DNA of 64,000 nt from Rebecca billardiae RCC1528 (GCA_965240325.2 OZ251252.1:496001-560000), one strand, 5' to 3'; counted from the stretch's first letter, positions 10,464 through 23,127 are shown. The notes: generated by a model from the sequence alone, not told the origin. Made by a program: numbers and translations.

Positions 10464-11869
10464 ATGACGATCACGACTGGTGGCCGGCCGATGGCGAGCA
10501 TCCTGCCCGCGAAGCGCGAGTGCCTCCCGCTCGAGAGCGCCGGCGCGCTCGCCATGACGATTGGCTCAGCCTATGGCGGCCCGGGCCAAGGGAGCGCGGC
10601 GACGGTCGACGTGCACTGTGGCTGGGACGAGTGCTTTTGGACGGTGCGTCGCACCCGCAAGGACTTTGACCGGCTGCGCGCCGCCCTGGCCGAGCTGGCG
10701 CCGGGTGAGAAGCTGCCCGAGCTGCCGTCGGCGCCGCACGCGCTCAACGCAAGCCTCGACGCCGCCTCGCTGACGCCGCGACGTGCGGACGCGCTGCAGG
10801 TGCGCGCGTCGCGGCGTAGGTGCTCCGTGCCCATCGGCTTCGCGTCCGCACGGGCGCGCCGCGCCGCGCCCCGCCTGGCACGCGATGCTGACGCGCGCCG
10901 CGTGGGTGCGCCCCCCTGCGCATGCCGCAGGCATTCGCCAACCGCGCGGCCGAGCTCTGTCGGGCGGAGCCGCCGGGCGCGGCCGTATCCGACACGGTGC
11001 TCGCATTCGCGGGCGCCGCCACGGCGCTCAAGCAGCAGCTCAACTCCGCCAACGCGCGGCTGGCGGTGCAGGGCGCGGAGCTGGACGCGCTGCGGCAGCA
11101 GCTTGAGCGGCGCGTGGGCGCGCACAGCCCAGGCGCGGGGCGCGCGCAGCACGGGGCGCAGCGGGCCGAGCCGTCCGACGCGCGCGCGCCGCCCGGCGAT
11201 GCCGCCCGGGCCGCGACCGACGGCGCAGACGATGCGCTGCTGGCTCTCCGCCAAGACGCCGCGTCGCCCCGGCAGCGCGCGGCGTCCATCTCTGCCGGCC
11301 TGCACGCGCGCACGGGCGTGCTGCCGCGCGCCGTGCACGCGCCCACGGCCGGGGCGCAGGGCGCCGCCGAGAGCGAGGGCGCGCTCGAGGGCGCGCCAAG
11401 CGCGGAGGCGCAGCCGCCCGCGCCAGCGCCGCTGCCGCTGTGCGTCCCGCCGCTCGCTCTCCCCGAGGACGCCCCGCCGCCCTCCGCCGCGCCCGCTGCC
11501 GCCCCCGCGTGCCGGGTGCGCGCGCTCAAGGTCGGTTGGATCACCAAGCGCTCCTTCTTCCTGCAGCAGTGGCGGCCGCGCTACCTCGAGATGGGCGTCG
11601 ACGGGCAGCTGCGCGCGTACGACGCGGAGGAGGGCGACGGCGCGCCCACGCTGTGCCTGCAGCTCGCGCGCGTGAGCGACGTGTGCCCGTGGGGCCTCAC
11701 CTCCTTCGACGTGCACGCGGCGGGGCACGCGTACGCGTTCGAGGCGCCGTCCGCGTGCGAGCGCGACGAGTGGGTGCGGCTGCTGCGCACGCAGGCGCGT
11801 CACGCGCGCGGCGAGGACGCGCCCGGTCGTACGGGCGTGCCCGTGGTGCGCCGCTCGTCCGTGCCGTGA
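10464..11869 (+). CDS. Protein with PX-like domain, coiled coil and C-terminal PH domain; exons 10464-10799, 10931-11869
   Basis: PX-like FWTVRRTRKDFDRLRAAL..LPELPS; PH KVGWITKRSFFLQQWRPRYL...AYAFEAPSACERDEWVRLL. Phase-0 intron GTGCGC...CTGAC...GCAG. Start codon uncertain. Confidence 0.78.
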
Positions 11870-12891
11870 TCCGGCCACGCGTCGATCCGGCCGCCGGCTT
11901 TGTTCGAATCATCACGGCATTCGAGATGAGCGTGGCATCATCATCCCAGTGGTTCAGTGGTTGTCGCCACTGCTGACTGCTTGCTTGCTGCTGCTGCTGT
12001 CAGCCTGCGCACGAGCCACACTTGCTGCGCCGGTTGCGAAGCCCACCTCGCAGCTCGGACTCGGCTGCGTCTGGTCGCTCTCGAGATCAGAGAGCACCAT
12101 GCCCATGGCAAGCAGGTCCCCGATGAATGCAGGCTTCACGACTCTCCAGGGGGCACCGTGGGCACTGCGCTCAGCGCTGCGGCGCCATCGCCGTTGTCAC
12201 GGAGCCTCGCCCCTCAGTCGGCGACCTACCCGACGACTACAACTACTGTCTACTATCTGCTATACTCGACCAGCGCGCGCGACATCATCAAGCTTATTAA
12301 TGATGACGATTACGCGGGTTATAACTGATCGGTGACTGGCACTGCAGAGTGAGAGTGACGGTCAGTCGGACTCACTCGGCGGAGTTATGATTATGAACGA
12401 AGCCTACTAGTACTACGAGTTACATCGCATGATGCGCAGATAACGACTAGCAGCTATATACGTACGTATACTGATATAATAAGACTCATCAACGTGAGTG
12501 ATGTCAGACTCTGCATGCATTAGACTATCGCGTATATGCGGTATCACTCGGGTATGGTCGGTATGATGGATAGGCATGTGACTGACGATGATGAAGTGTG
12601 TCATCAGTGATGATAGTTGACGACTGATTAAGTGCTGCCTGAGTATTAAACTGCTGCTATACTACTCGATCGTATACGATCGACATATACGAGATGATGC
12701 GACTGCTGATGTAGTGCGCGCGCGCTTTATTCATTCGCCAGCACCGCGCATCGATCTTTATGATGATGATGTCTGATGATCGCATGTCATTCGATCCGGC
12801 GAGCGTGCCGCGACGTCTCGCGGATCGATCATCATCATGATTGACCTCGAGTCGGCTTGGCCAGCCAGCGTGTCGCGTCACTGGGTTGGCC

Positions 12892-13293
12892 TCAGGTCTC
12901 GGTGATAGCACCACATAGCGTAAGCGCGTTCATGTCCGGCAAGACCTGCCTTCTCACCACTCGCCTTTCCGTCACAGCTGCGAGTCGGAAGATGCGCAGC
13001 AGCACGTCCTTTGGCATCTCGTGTGGCGCGTGGCAGCGCCACGCCAGGAGGAAGGCAAGCCGCTGCCCCAGTGAGAAGGCGCGCACGTCACTAATGGTTT
13101 CATACACAGCGCCGTCCGGCCCGCAGCACAGGCAGGCGGGCAGGCAGGCAGAGCCACTAGCCTTGTTGGCGCGGTGCACCCCCATCGTCAAGGATGAGCG
13201 CACTCCCAAGAGATGCATCACCGTTACGCGCCGAGAGTCGACGTTGCGAGTTGCGACGAATCGTTTAGCGCTCATCCGAAAGCCAGGCGCCAT
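12892..13293 (-). CDS. Small hypothetical protein (133 aa)
   Basis: ATG at 13293 lies head-to-head with the next gene (89 bp gap), like other pairs in this window. Non-repetitive composition; C-terminal RLAFLLAW..MPKDVLLRIFRLA resembles an F-box/SOCS-like helix. No family recognised. Confidence 0.45.
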   Translation of the reverse strand: MAPGFRMSAKRFVATRNVDSRRVTVMHLLGVRSSLTMGVHRANKASGSACLPACLCCGPDGAVYETISDVRAFSLGQRLAFLLAWRCHAPHEMPKDVLLRIFRLAAVTERRVVRRQVLPDMNALTLCGAITET

Positions 13294-13382
13294 CTTCAGA
13301 TCGATCCGGCGTGGGCCGTCGCGACTCGCGACCGACCGCCCCCGAGTCGCCGACACCCGCCGCGGGCGGCAGCCGGCACGCG

Positions 13383-16084
13383 ATGCTCGCGGGGGGCGCG
13401 TCGTGGCTGCGGCGCAGGGCCACGGTGCGCGCGCTGAGCACGGGCAAGGCGAAGCGGCTCACCCCGCCGCGTCTGCGCGAGCTTGTGCTCGTGCGGCACG
13501 GCGAGTCGGAGGGCAACATTGCGCACCAGCGCTCGCTCCGCGGCGACCACTCGCTGTACGACAACCCGCACTTCGCGCGGCGGCACTCGTCGATGTGGCG
13601 GCTCACCAACCGCGGCATCGAGGAGGCGATCAAGGCGGGCCAGTGGCTGCGCGAGAACATCGACGTCAACTTTGACCGCTTCTACGTGTCCGAGTACGTG
13701 CGCGCGATGGAGACGGCGTCCAAGCTCGCGCTGCCCAACGCGATCTGGTACGCCGAGACGTTCCTGCGCGAGCGCGACCTGGGCATCTTTGACCTCATGT
13801 CGCACGCCGAGCGCCGCCAGAAGTTCGCCGAGGAGCTGCGCCGGCGCGAGCGCGATCGGTGCGTCCATCACGCAGCGCGCGCGCGCGCGCGCAGAGCCGC
13901 TCGGGCGCGCGGCTGCGCGCGCGCGTCCGCGCCGTTCCGAGCCGCGCGCGCCCGCATGCGTCGCGTGCCGCGCGTGCCGCGCAGCTTCTTCTTCGCGCCG
14001 CCGGGCGGCGAGTCCCTCGCCGACGTGTGCCTCCGCGTCGACCGCATGATCAACATTCTGCACCGCGAGTGCCAGGACCAGCGCGTGATCATCGTGTGCC
14101 ACGGGGAGGTGATGTGGGCCTTCCGCATCAGGTGGGGAAAACGCAGTGCGCACCGGCAGTGCGCACGGGCAGTGCGCACGAGCGGCGGCACGCCGGTTGC
14201 GGCGCGGCGCGCCCCCCTGACGCCGCCGCCGCCGCCGCCGCGCGCCGCGCTTTGCGCCTTGCGCTTTGCGGTCTGTCCAGGCTGGAGCGCATGGGCCAGC
14301 TGCACTACCGCGAGATGGAGCAGATCCAGTCGGTGCACGACCACATCCACAACTGCCAGGTGCTGCACTACACGCGCGACAACCCGCACACGGGCGAGAC
14401 CGCGCCGTGGCTCACGCACATGCGCTCGGTCTGCCCGTGGGACCTGGGCCGCTCGCGCAACACGTGGGAGGAGATCGAGCGCCCAAAGTACACGAGCGTG
14501 GGGCTGATGCAGCAGGTGGTGCGCGTGCACCGCATCATCGACGACGACGCGGCGGCCGACCGGCTCTCGCGCGAGCAGGAGCGCTCGCAGCCGCTGTGGG
14601 AGGAGATGGCGTCCAAGCACCCGGCGCAGCACCCCGCCGCGCCCGCGCAGCCGGCCGCGCCGGGCGCGCCGCCGCCCGCCGCCTCGGCCGCGCGGCCGGC
14701 CGGCCCGGAGCCGCCCGCGGAGGCGGAGGTGATGCCGGCGCGCGCCAGCGCGCGCGCGGCGGGCCCGCCGCCGGCCGCGGCGGCGGACGGCGGCGCGCAC
14801 GCGGCGTCCGCCGCCGCGGCCACCGCGTCGGGCTTCGGCGCGCCCTCCTCCCCGGCCGCCGCCTCCGCGTTCGGCGGCGACGAGATGGGCGCGGCCATCT
14901 TCACGGGCGCGGAGGCGAGCGTCTCGCCGTGGTGGCCGGCGCAGACGCTGCCGTCCGCGGCGGAGCGCGCGCCCGCGCTCGCGCGCGCGGCGGGCGCGGG
15001 GAGCAAGGGCGTCTCGCGCGCGCTCGCGCTCCGGCGCATCGCCCTCGTCTCCAAGTCGACGCGGCTCGACCGCGTGGGCGCGGCCGTGCTCGACGTGGAC
15101 GACGCGCTCGCGCACCGCCTGCGCGACGCGCACGAGCGCCACGCCGCCGCGATCGACTCGATGCAGGTGCTGCTCGAGAAGCAGGGCATCCAGGTCACGC
15201 CCGTCGGCGTGCAGAACGCGCGGCCCGACCTGCTCGCCGGCGCCGACCTGGTCGTGTGCGCCGGCGGCGACGGCACCATCCTCTCCACCGCCGCGCAGCT
15301 GCTGGACGGCTCCCTGCTGCTCGGCGTGAACACGGACCCGGAGCGCAGCACGGGCGCGCTCACCTGCCTCGCGTACGAGGACGACGCGCCGAGCCGCGAG
15401 GCGCTGCTCGCGGCGCTCGAGCGGCTGCGGCGCGGCACGTACACGGTGCAGTCGCGCAGGCGCATCGTCGTGCGCATCCGGCCGGTGGGCGGCTCCGAGT
15501 ACACGCTGCCGCGGCTCGCGCTCAACGACGTGTTCATCTCGGAGCGCAACTCCGGGCGCGTGTACGCGTGCGAGGCGGCGGGCGAGGGCGGGCCCGTGCG
15601 CGTGCGCCGCTCCTCCGGGCTGCTCTTTGCCACCGGCACCGGCTCGACCGCGCGGCTGCGCAACCAGATGCGCATCGACGCGCGCGTCGTCGAGCACGTG
15701 CTGCGCGAGGCGATCGCGCGCGGCGCGATCGGCGGCGTCGCCGAGCCGGCGGACGCGCACACGCCGGTCGTCTCGGAGGCGGAGTGCATCGGCATCGCCG
15801 AGTCGTGGACGAAGCGCTGGTCGCTCTCGCCCGACACGCCGCTGATGGCGTACTCCATCCTCGAGCCGATGGTGCCCGACTGCGCGCCGCGCAACGCCGC
15901 CGGCCACGTCGAGCGCATGCTCGTCAAGTCGCTCGGGCACAACACGGTGCTCACGCTCGACGGCTTCTACGAGCACCCGATCCGGTACGGCGACGAGCTC
16001 ACGGTCGCAATCGGCGACGAGGACACCGCCGTGCACACCGTGCACTTCCCGTCGCACGACGTCTTCCACGTGCAGCCCACGTGA
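13383..16084 (+). CDS. Fusion of a histidine phosphatase (PGAM/Det1-like) and an NAD kinase (NADK2-like); exons 13383-13858, 13985-14131, 14281-16084
   Basis: N-domain: LVLVRHGESEGN, RLTNRG..EA, SEYVRAMET, LRERDLG, PPGGESLADV, IIVCHG. C-domain: CAGGDGTIL, LLGVNTDPERSTG, LALNDVFISE, SSGLLFATGTGSTA. Two phase-2 GT-AG introns restore the frame. Arg-rich, acid-free N-terminus resembles a mitochondrial presequence. Confidence 0.88.
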
Positions 16085-17274
16085 GCCAGGCATCCGGCAG
16101 ACCGGCAGCCGAGGCGGGCTGCCGGTCTGCAGCCCGCCCCGGCTGCCGATGCACGCGGGCTGCAGACCGGCAGCCGGGGCGGGCTAGCCGCACCCAACGC
16201 GAGGAGGCAGCCGGTAGCCGCGGCAGCCGGCCGCGCATGGGTGGGCGCGATGTCTGACGCTGATGTCGTGCGGCACATATACAGTCGTAGTACGACTTTA
16301 CGAGTGCCGACATTCTGCGCGATGATATCGGATGACGCGACGCGCGCAGATCAATCATCGTCGCGCTATATGACTGCGACGACGCGACCGGACTGGCCGG
16401 ACGCGATGATGATGATGTCAATACGTTGAAACGACGGACGACGACTTGACGAGTTGTAAGCTAGTATAGTTCCTGCTGCTGCGGCTCCTGTGACGGCGGG
16501 GTCGCGACGCCGACGACCGATCGTCCGACTGCGATGCTCACCTGCGCTGCTCGGGATGCGGATGGCGGTTGATCTCCGTTGCTGACCGACGCCGCACGTA
16601 CGCGGCCGTGCAGGCGCTGGTGCATCACCTGGTGCGCGCGCGCGACCACTCGGCGGCGGGGACGGCGGCGATCTGGCCGCCAGCAGCGGCACCGTCAGTC
16701 CGCGCGCGCGCACACCATCCGGCTGAGGCGCGCAGATGGCGGCCGTCGAGGATGGCGGCGTGCGACGGGAGCGCCGAGGCGACGGGATGCCGGCCTGGCC
16801 GCGGGGCCGCCCCACGCACGCCCGCGCCGCCTGAGCGGTGCACGAGGCGGCGCCGCGTGCGCCCAGCGCGCGCCGACGCAGCGGCCGTGTGAGCGGCTCG
16901 GCGCTCTCCGCGCCGCCCCCGCGGGCGGCGCGCGCGCCCGCGGGCGCGCGGCGAGGCACAGGCCGACGGAGGCACGCCGCACGCCCCGCGCGCCACATGC
17001 GCACCGTCCACGCGTGCACGCGCGCGTGCGCGCTCCGCGCCGAGGGCCCAGGAGGCGAGCGTATCTGCCGCGCGCGCGGGGCGCGCGCGGCGCCGTCACA
17101 GGCCGACAGGCCGGCCGCGGCGCGCACGCCCGGCGCTGCGGCGCGCGAGCGCGCGCGCGCGCGCGCAGGGCTCCGGCTCGCCTCCGCCCGAGCCGAGCGG
17201 CGCGTGAGCAAGTGGCGAGCGCGAGCGCGGCGGCGGCGGCGCGCGAAGGGCCAAAGGGGGCGCGGCGCGGCGCG

Positions 17275-19298
17275 CTACGCGTCCGGCGGCGGCGGCAGCA
17301 CGGCCGTCGGCTTGAGCCTGGCCGCGTCGAGCGCGCCGGGCGCGAGGTAGTGCGTGCCCAGCTGCCGCCCCGAGTACCAGCGGCCGGTGAGCGAGACGCT
17401 CGCGCGCACGCAGGACTCGACGTCGGCGAAGCGCACGTACACCGTGCCGGGCGGCGCGCGGTCGGCGAAGCAGTCGGTGACCGGGCCGAACTTTGCGCAC
17501 TCGTCGCGCACGTCGTCGATGAGGTCGGGGAAGAAGTCCTGCAGCCGCCGCACGCACGGCAGCGCGGAGGGCGAGGGCGGCGCCGGCCGAGGGCGGCGGC
17601 GGCGGCAGCGGACGGCGAGGGCGCGGGAGCGCGGCGCGCGGCGGGTGAGCGCGCGCCGCCGCAGGGGCCCGCGCGCGCGCGCGCGCGCGCGGGCTGCGCG
17701 CGGCGCGCGCGCGCGCAGCTGCCCCACCGGCTCGTCCAGCGCGTCCGCGCCCGCCGGGTCGAACATGTGCACGATGCCGAGCTGCTCCGAGGGCGGGTAC
17801 GGGGGCACGGCGCCCGGGGGCAGCGGGCCCGGCGCGGGCGGGAAGGGGCTCGCGCCCGCGGCGGCGGCGGGCATGAGCGCGGCGGCGGGGAGCATCCCCG
17901 GCGGCGCGGGCGGCGGCGGCGGCAGCGCGCCCCTCGGCGGGTGCAGCATGAGGTGGTTCGCCCGCAGCGTGTGCGCGCCCAGCACGTACCCGTCCAGCCC
18001 GGCCACGGCGGTGGACGCGTCCTCCGCGCGGCTGTACTCGACGACGCACTGCAAGGAGGCGGGCGCGGAGGGCGAGCCCGCCGGCGCGTCGTCCGCCGCG
18101 GGCGCGCCCGCCGCCGTGGCGCGCTTGAGCTCGAGCTTCGCCAGCTCCCCGAACGCGAGCAGCACGGCGCGCAGGTCGGCCTCCTCGAGCGCCGCGGGCA
18201 GGCCCTGCACGAACACGCACGTGGCGGAGGGCACGCCCGGCGGCACGGACTGCGGCGTGATGCCCGGGCCCGCGCCGCCGCCGTTGGTGAGCAGCTTGGC
18301 CGCCGCGCTCGCGTTCTTGCTCTGCTGCGCCGCGCGGTTCCGCTCGGCCAGCGACGGCTGCACGAGGAGGGGCTGCCCCATGAACGCGATGCCCGAGAGC
18401 GCCATCGCGCGTGTGAGCGACTCCGCGTCTGCAAACTCCACGTACGCCACGCTGCACGGCCGCGCGGCCGCGGGGGGGGGGGCAGGGCGGGCGGGCGGGC
18501 GGATGGGCGGGCGGGTGAGCTAGGCGCGCGGCGCGCGGGCCGCGCACTCGCGCCGCCCCCTGCCCGCGCCCACCCCTTCGATCGGCCCGAGCGCTGGTCC
18601 TTGATGATGCGGATGTCGTTCACCTCGCCCGCCTGCGAGAAGAACTCGAAGAGCTCAAAGTCGTCCGCGCGCGGGTGGATGCGCTGCACCAGCACCGTCA
18701 GCTCGTCACGCGCGATCTCCTCCGCCTCGAGCGCGGCGGCCCGCGCCGCGCGCTCGCCCTCGTCCTCGTCGCGCGCGCGGCGCGGGCCGTCGCGCTCGCG
18801 GTGCTCGCGCTCGTGCCGCCGCTCGCGCTCGTACTCGTACGGGCGGCGGCGGCCGTAGTCGTCGTCCCGGTACCCACGCGACCGCCCGTCGCGCTCGTGC
18901 CGCTCGTACCGCTCGCGCCGCTCGTACCGATCTCGATCTCGATCTCGATCTCGGTCGTGATGGCGCGAGTACTTGCGCTCGCGGTGCGAGTCGCGCCGCC
19001 CGCGCTCGTCGCGGCCGCGGCTCCTCGAGCCGCGCTCGTCGGGTCCGCGGCTCGTGCCGCGCTCACGCTCCTCGCGCGCGCGGCGCTCCTCGCTCCGCCC
19101 CGCGTCGCGCTCGCGCTCCCCGCGCGAGTCGCCCGCCTGCTCGGGTGGCGCGCCGTCCTCGCGCGGCGCTCCGCGCGCGTCCGGCTCCGCGGCCGCGTCC
19201 GGCTCGGGCGGCGGCGGCGGCGGCGGCGACTTGGCCGCTGCGTGGCTCTCGTCCAAGAGCGCGTCCACGTCCACGCCCGCGAGCCGAGCGGAGGTCAT
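17275..19298 (-). CDS. RBM39: RBM39/RBM23 (CAPER/CC1)-like splicing factor with RS/RD region, two RRMs and a UHM; exons 19298-18574, 18451-17728, 17538-17275
   Basis: RD/RS-rich N-terminus. RRM1 LFEFFSQAGEVNDIRIIKDQRSGRSKG|VAYVEF...GQPLLVQPSLAERN. UHM MFDP...DDVRDECAKFG...GTVYVRF...LTGRWYSGR. Confidence 0.88.
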
Positions 19299-19453
19299 GA
19301 TGTTCACGCGTGCGCGCGGGGCCGTGCGCGTGCACACTGCTGGGGGTGCAGGATGGATGCGCTCGCGTCCTGCGTGACTGGAGCGCGCCCGCGGCCGCGT
19401 GCCTCCTCGCCGGACTTCTTCTCAACGATCGGCGCGGGTCTTTGCTCGCCGCC

Positions 19454-21207
19454 ATGAGCGCGTCCGCCGTCGACGAGTCGCTGCTGCAGGAGATCCGGCA
19501 GTCGCTGCCGAGCGTGCGGGTGCGCCGCCGCGCCGTGGCCACGCGGGCCCCTCGCCTTCTGCGCACCATGCGCACCCCTCGCCGCTTCGCACGCCGCGCG
19601 CCGACGGCCGCACTGCCGCTCGCGCGAGCGTGCGCGCGCGTGCGCGCGCTCACGCCGCGGCGCGGCGCGGCGCGCGCGCAGGTGCCCGGCGCGTACGACG
19701 TGGTGCACAACGAGGAGTGCATCTTCTCCACGGACACGCCGTTCGCGCCCGGCGGGATCTACGTCTCGCTGCACACCTTCCGCTCGTACTCCGAGTCCGA
19801 CGTGCGCACGCGCGCCGGCGCCGACCGTCTGTTTGTGCGGCTGAAGGCGCGGCGCGTGAAGAAGGCGGCCGCGCCCGCGGCGGCGGCGGACGGCGAGGCC
19901 GGCGCCGCGCCGCAGAAGCTCGCGCTCGGCGTGGACGGCGGCTTCGCGCTCGACGGCGCCGACGAGGAGACCGTCAAGGACGCGGCGCTCTTCGTGCTCC
20001 CGCGCGGCGCGCTCGTGCCACTGCCGTGCGCCGAGCTGCCCGAGCTCGTGCTGCAGGCGTGCGCGGCGGTGCAGGCGCACTCGTCGTCGTTCGCGCAGGA
20101 GCAGGTGGGCGCGTGGGAGGAGGAGGTGAAGGTCTCCAAGTACGCCGCCGACCTGCCGCAGGAGGACGGCGTGCGCATCTCGGCCGACCCGAGCACGTGG
20201 GTGTGCGCGGAGTCGGGCGCTCGCGAGAACCTGTGGCTCAACCTCTCCGACGGGCACATCGGCTCGGGGCGGCAGCAGGCGCTGGGGATGGGCGGCACGG
20301 GCGCGGCGCTGCGGCACTACGAGGCGATGAAGGCGCAGGGCAAGCACTACCCCCTCGTCGTCAAGCTCGGCACCATCTCCGCGCACGGCGCGGACGTGTA
20401 CTCGTACGCGCCCGACGAGGACGACTCGGTCAAGGACCCGCTGCTGCCCGCGCACCTCGCGCGGCTGGGGATCAACGCGATGGAGCTGACGAAGACGGAG
20501 AAGACGACGACGGAGATGCAGATCGAGCTGAACGCCACCTTCGAGTTCGACCGCATCACCGAGGCGGGCAAGGCGCTCGTGCCGCTCTCCGCGCCCGGCT
20601 GCGTCGGGCTGGCCAACCTGGGCAACACGTGCTACGTCAACTCCACGCTGCAGCTGCTGCTCTCCACGCCAGAGGCGCAGGCGCGGTACGCGCGCGCGGC
20701 GGCGGCGTGGCTGGACAGCGCGCCGGCGGACGACCCCGCGTCCGACCTGCACGCGCAGCTCGCTAAGCTCGCCGCCGCGCTGCACTCGGAGCGGTACGTG
20801 CGCGCGGACGCGGCGGAGGCGGAGGGCAGCGCTGACTGCGTGCAGCCGCGCCTCTTCAAGAGCCTGATCGGCCGCGGCCACGCCGAGTTCGGCTCGAGCC
20901 GGCAGCAGGACGCGCTCGAGTTCCTGCAGTACCTGCTGCAGAAGCTCGAGCGCGCCGAGCGCGCCGAGCGCGCGCGCGTCGCGCAGTGCGTCGGCGGCGC
21001 CGCCGACGCCGCGCGCGCGGGCGGCGACTCGCTGCCGCGGCTGTTTGCGCTGCAGCTCGAGGAGCGCACGCAGTGCGGCGCGACCGGCGCGGTGCGGTAC
21101 GTGCGCCGCGAGGACAACTGCCTCTCGCTGCCGATCCCGCTCGAGGCGGCGACGAACATGGAGGCGGTGCGCGAGGCGGAGGCCGCCGCGAAGAAGCAGC
21201 GCCTCGA

Positions 21208-21240
<33 letters not shown>

Positions 21241-22440
21241 GGGCTCGGGCTCGGCGCCCGCGCGCGTGCAGCCGGTCGTGCCCTTCGAGTCGTGCGTCGC
21301 CGCGCTCGGCGCGGACGAGACGGTGGCCGACTTCTACTCGAGCGCGGCGAAGGCGAAGGTGACGGCGCTGAAGCGGCTGCGCATCGCGCGCTTCCCCCGC
21401 TACCTCCTCGTGCAGATGCGCCGGTACTACGTGGGCGACGACTGGGCGCCCAAGAAGCTGGACGCGCTCGTGGCCGCGCCGAGCGCGCTCTCGCTCGAGC
21501 ACCTGCGCGCGAGCGGGCCGCAGCCCAACGAGGAGCAGCTGCCCGACGAGGAGGAGGGCGCGGCCGCCGCCGGCGGTGGCGGTGGCGGCGCGGCCGCCGT
21601 CGAGCCGAACGAAGAGATCGTCGCCGCGCTCGTCTCGATGGGCTTCTCCGAGAACGGCTCGAAGCGCGCCGCGGTCGCGACGGGCAACGCGCCCGCCGAG
21701 GTGTGCATGGAGTGGGTGCTGGCGCACATGGACGACGCCGACTTCAACGAGCCGCTCACGCAGGGCGCGCAGCCGGCCGCCGCGGGCGGCGGCGGCGGCG
21801 GCGGCGGTGGCGCGGACCCCGCGTCGGTCGAGATGCTCGCCGCGATGGGCTTCACGGCCGAGCAGGCCAGCGTCGCGCTGCGCGAGACGAGCGGCAACCT
21901 CGAGCGCGCGGCCGACTGGCTCTTCAGCCACGCGGACGACCTGCCCGCCGCCATCGCCGCCGCCTCGGCCGGCGCGGACGCAGCGGCTGGCGCGGGCGGC
22001 ACGGCCTCGTTCGACGACGGCGTCGGTGCGCCCCACGCCGCGCCCGCCGCGCCGCCAGCTCGCGCCGCCCTGACCCGCCGCGCCCCGCGCCGCGCGACCC
22101 CGCGGTGCGTGCGCACGCGCGTGCGCGCAGGCGAGTACGAGCTGCACGGCTTTGTGAGCCACATGGGCGCCAACCTGGGGTGCGGGCACTACGTGGCGCA
22201 CATCAAGCGCGGGGACCAGTGGGTGCTCTTCAACGACCGCAAGGTGCGCCCGCGCTGCCGCGCGCTCCGCACTTTGCCGCGCGACGCCTGCATGCCGCGC
22301 GCTCAGCATCCATCGTGCTGCGCGCCGACGTGCGTTGACCTGCGCACCAGGTCGCCGTCTCCGAGGCGCCGCCATTCGACATGGGCTACCTCTACCTCTA
22401 CCGCCGCACCACGCCCTCCACCGCACCCTCGCCGGCGTAG
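19454..22440 (+). CDS. USP5: Ubiquitin C-terminal hydrolase USP5/USP13/UBP14 (ZnF-UBP, USP, two UBA); exons 19454-19519, 19682-22025, 22131-22243, 22351-22440
   Basis: ENLWLNLSDGHIGSGR, YPLVVKLGTI, Cys box GLANLGNTCYVNS, QQDALEF, two UBA domains (SMGFS, AMGFT), His box SHMG..GCGHYVAHI, WVLFNDRK|V, terminal GYLYLYRR. Confidence 0.95.
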
Positions 22441-23127
22441 AGCTGCTTCTGCGGCGTGCGCACGCGTGCGCGCCCGCCGGTCCTGCGCATGCCGCGGCGG
22501 GGCGATATGCGCCGGCCACGCACGCGACGAGGAATGACGTTGACCGGGCAGGCCTAGGCGAAGCAGTTTCATAGAGCTGCTAGTGCTGCTACTGACGATC
22601 ATGCGCGGTCACGCGACTGCCGCGACGACTGCGCTGCTTGATCAGTAGTGCATAATGCGACGACTACAGTTCGGCGGATGCGACGCGATGATATATATAT
22701 ATATAATCATATATAGCAGAGCGTAATAACTATATATAGCTAGATCGTCGCCGAAATAACTTATTATTTAATAACGCGGGTCACGGGCCACCGGCCGATC
22801 GACCGCCGCCGCACTCACGACCCCGGAGTCGGAGCAGTCGCGTATGACCATCAGATGATATTATGCTATTCTGAATAGCTATATATAAGGCTGCCCGGCC
22901 GCCGCCGGAGCCTATAGCCTGCAGGGTCGAAGGCCGCCGGAGCCCGGAGAGCCCGGAGCCGACGGTCGGCCCGGAACTGGCGGAACGGCGCGGGCACGGC
23001 GCCGGACGAGCGAGCCGGGGCCGGGCCCGCCGCGCGCACTCCAAACGAGATTCACCGGCGCGCGCGTGGCATGCAATCTGCGCGGGCGTCGGATCTTAGA
23101 CGTCGTAGAATAAGCATGCACCTGCCA

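Noticed and set aside
13859-22130. In-frame, stop-free introns (126, 189, 162, 105 nt) suggesting regulated intron retention
   Set aside because: 4 of 11 introns being 3n matches chance, and stops are rare at this GC content.
19304-22519. 1071-aa antisense ORF over USP5, and similar long antisense ORFs over the NAD kinase and EngB genes
   Set aside because: Expected from extreme GC3 codon bias; no domain motifs.
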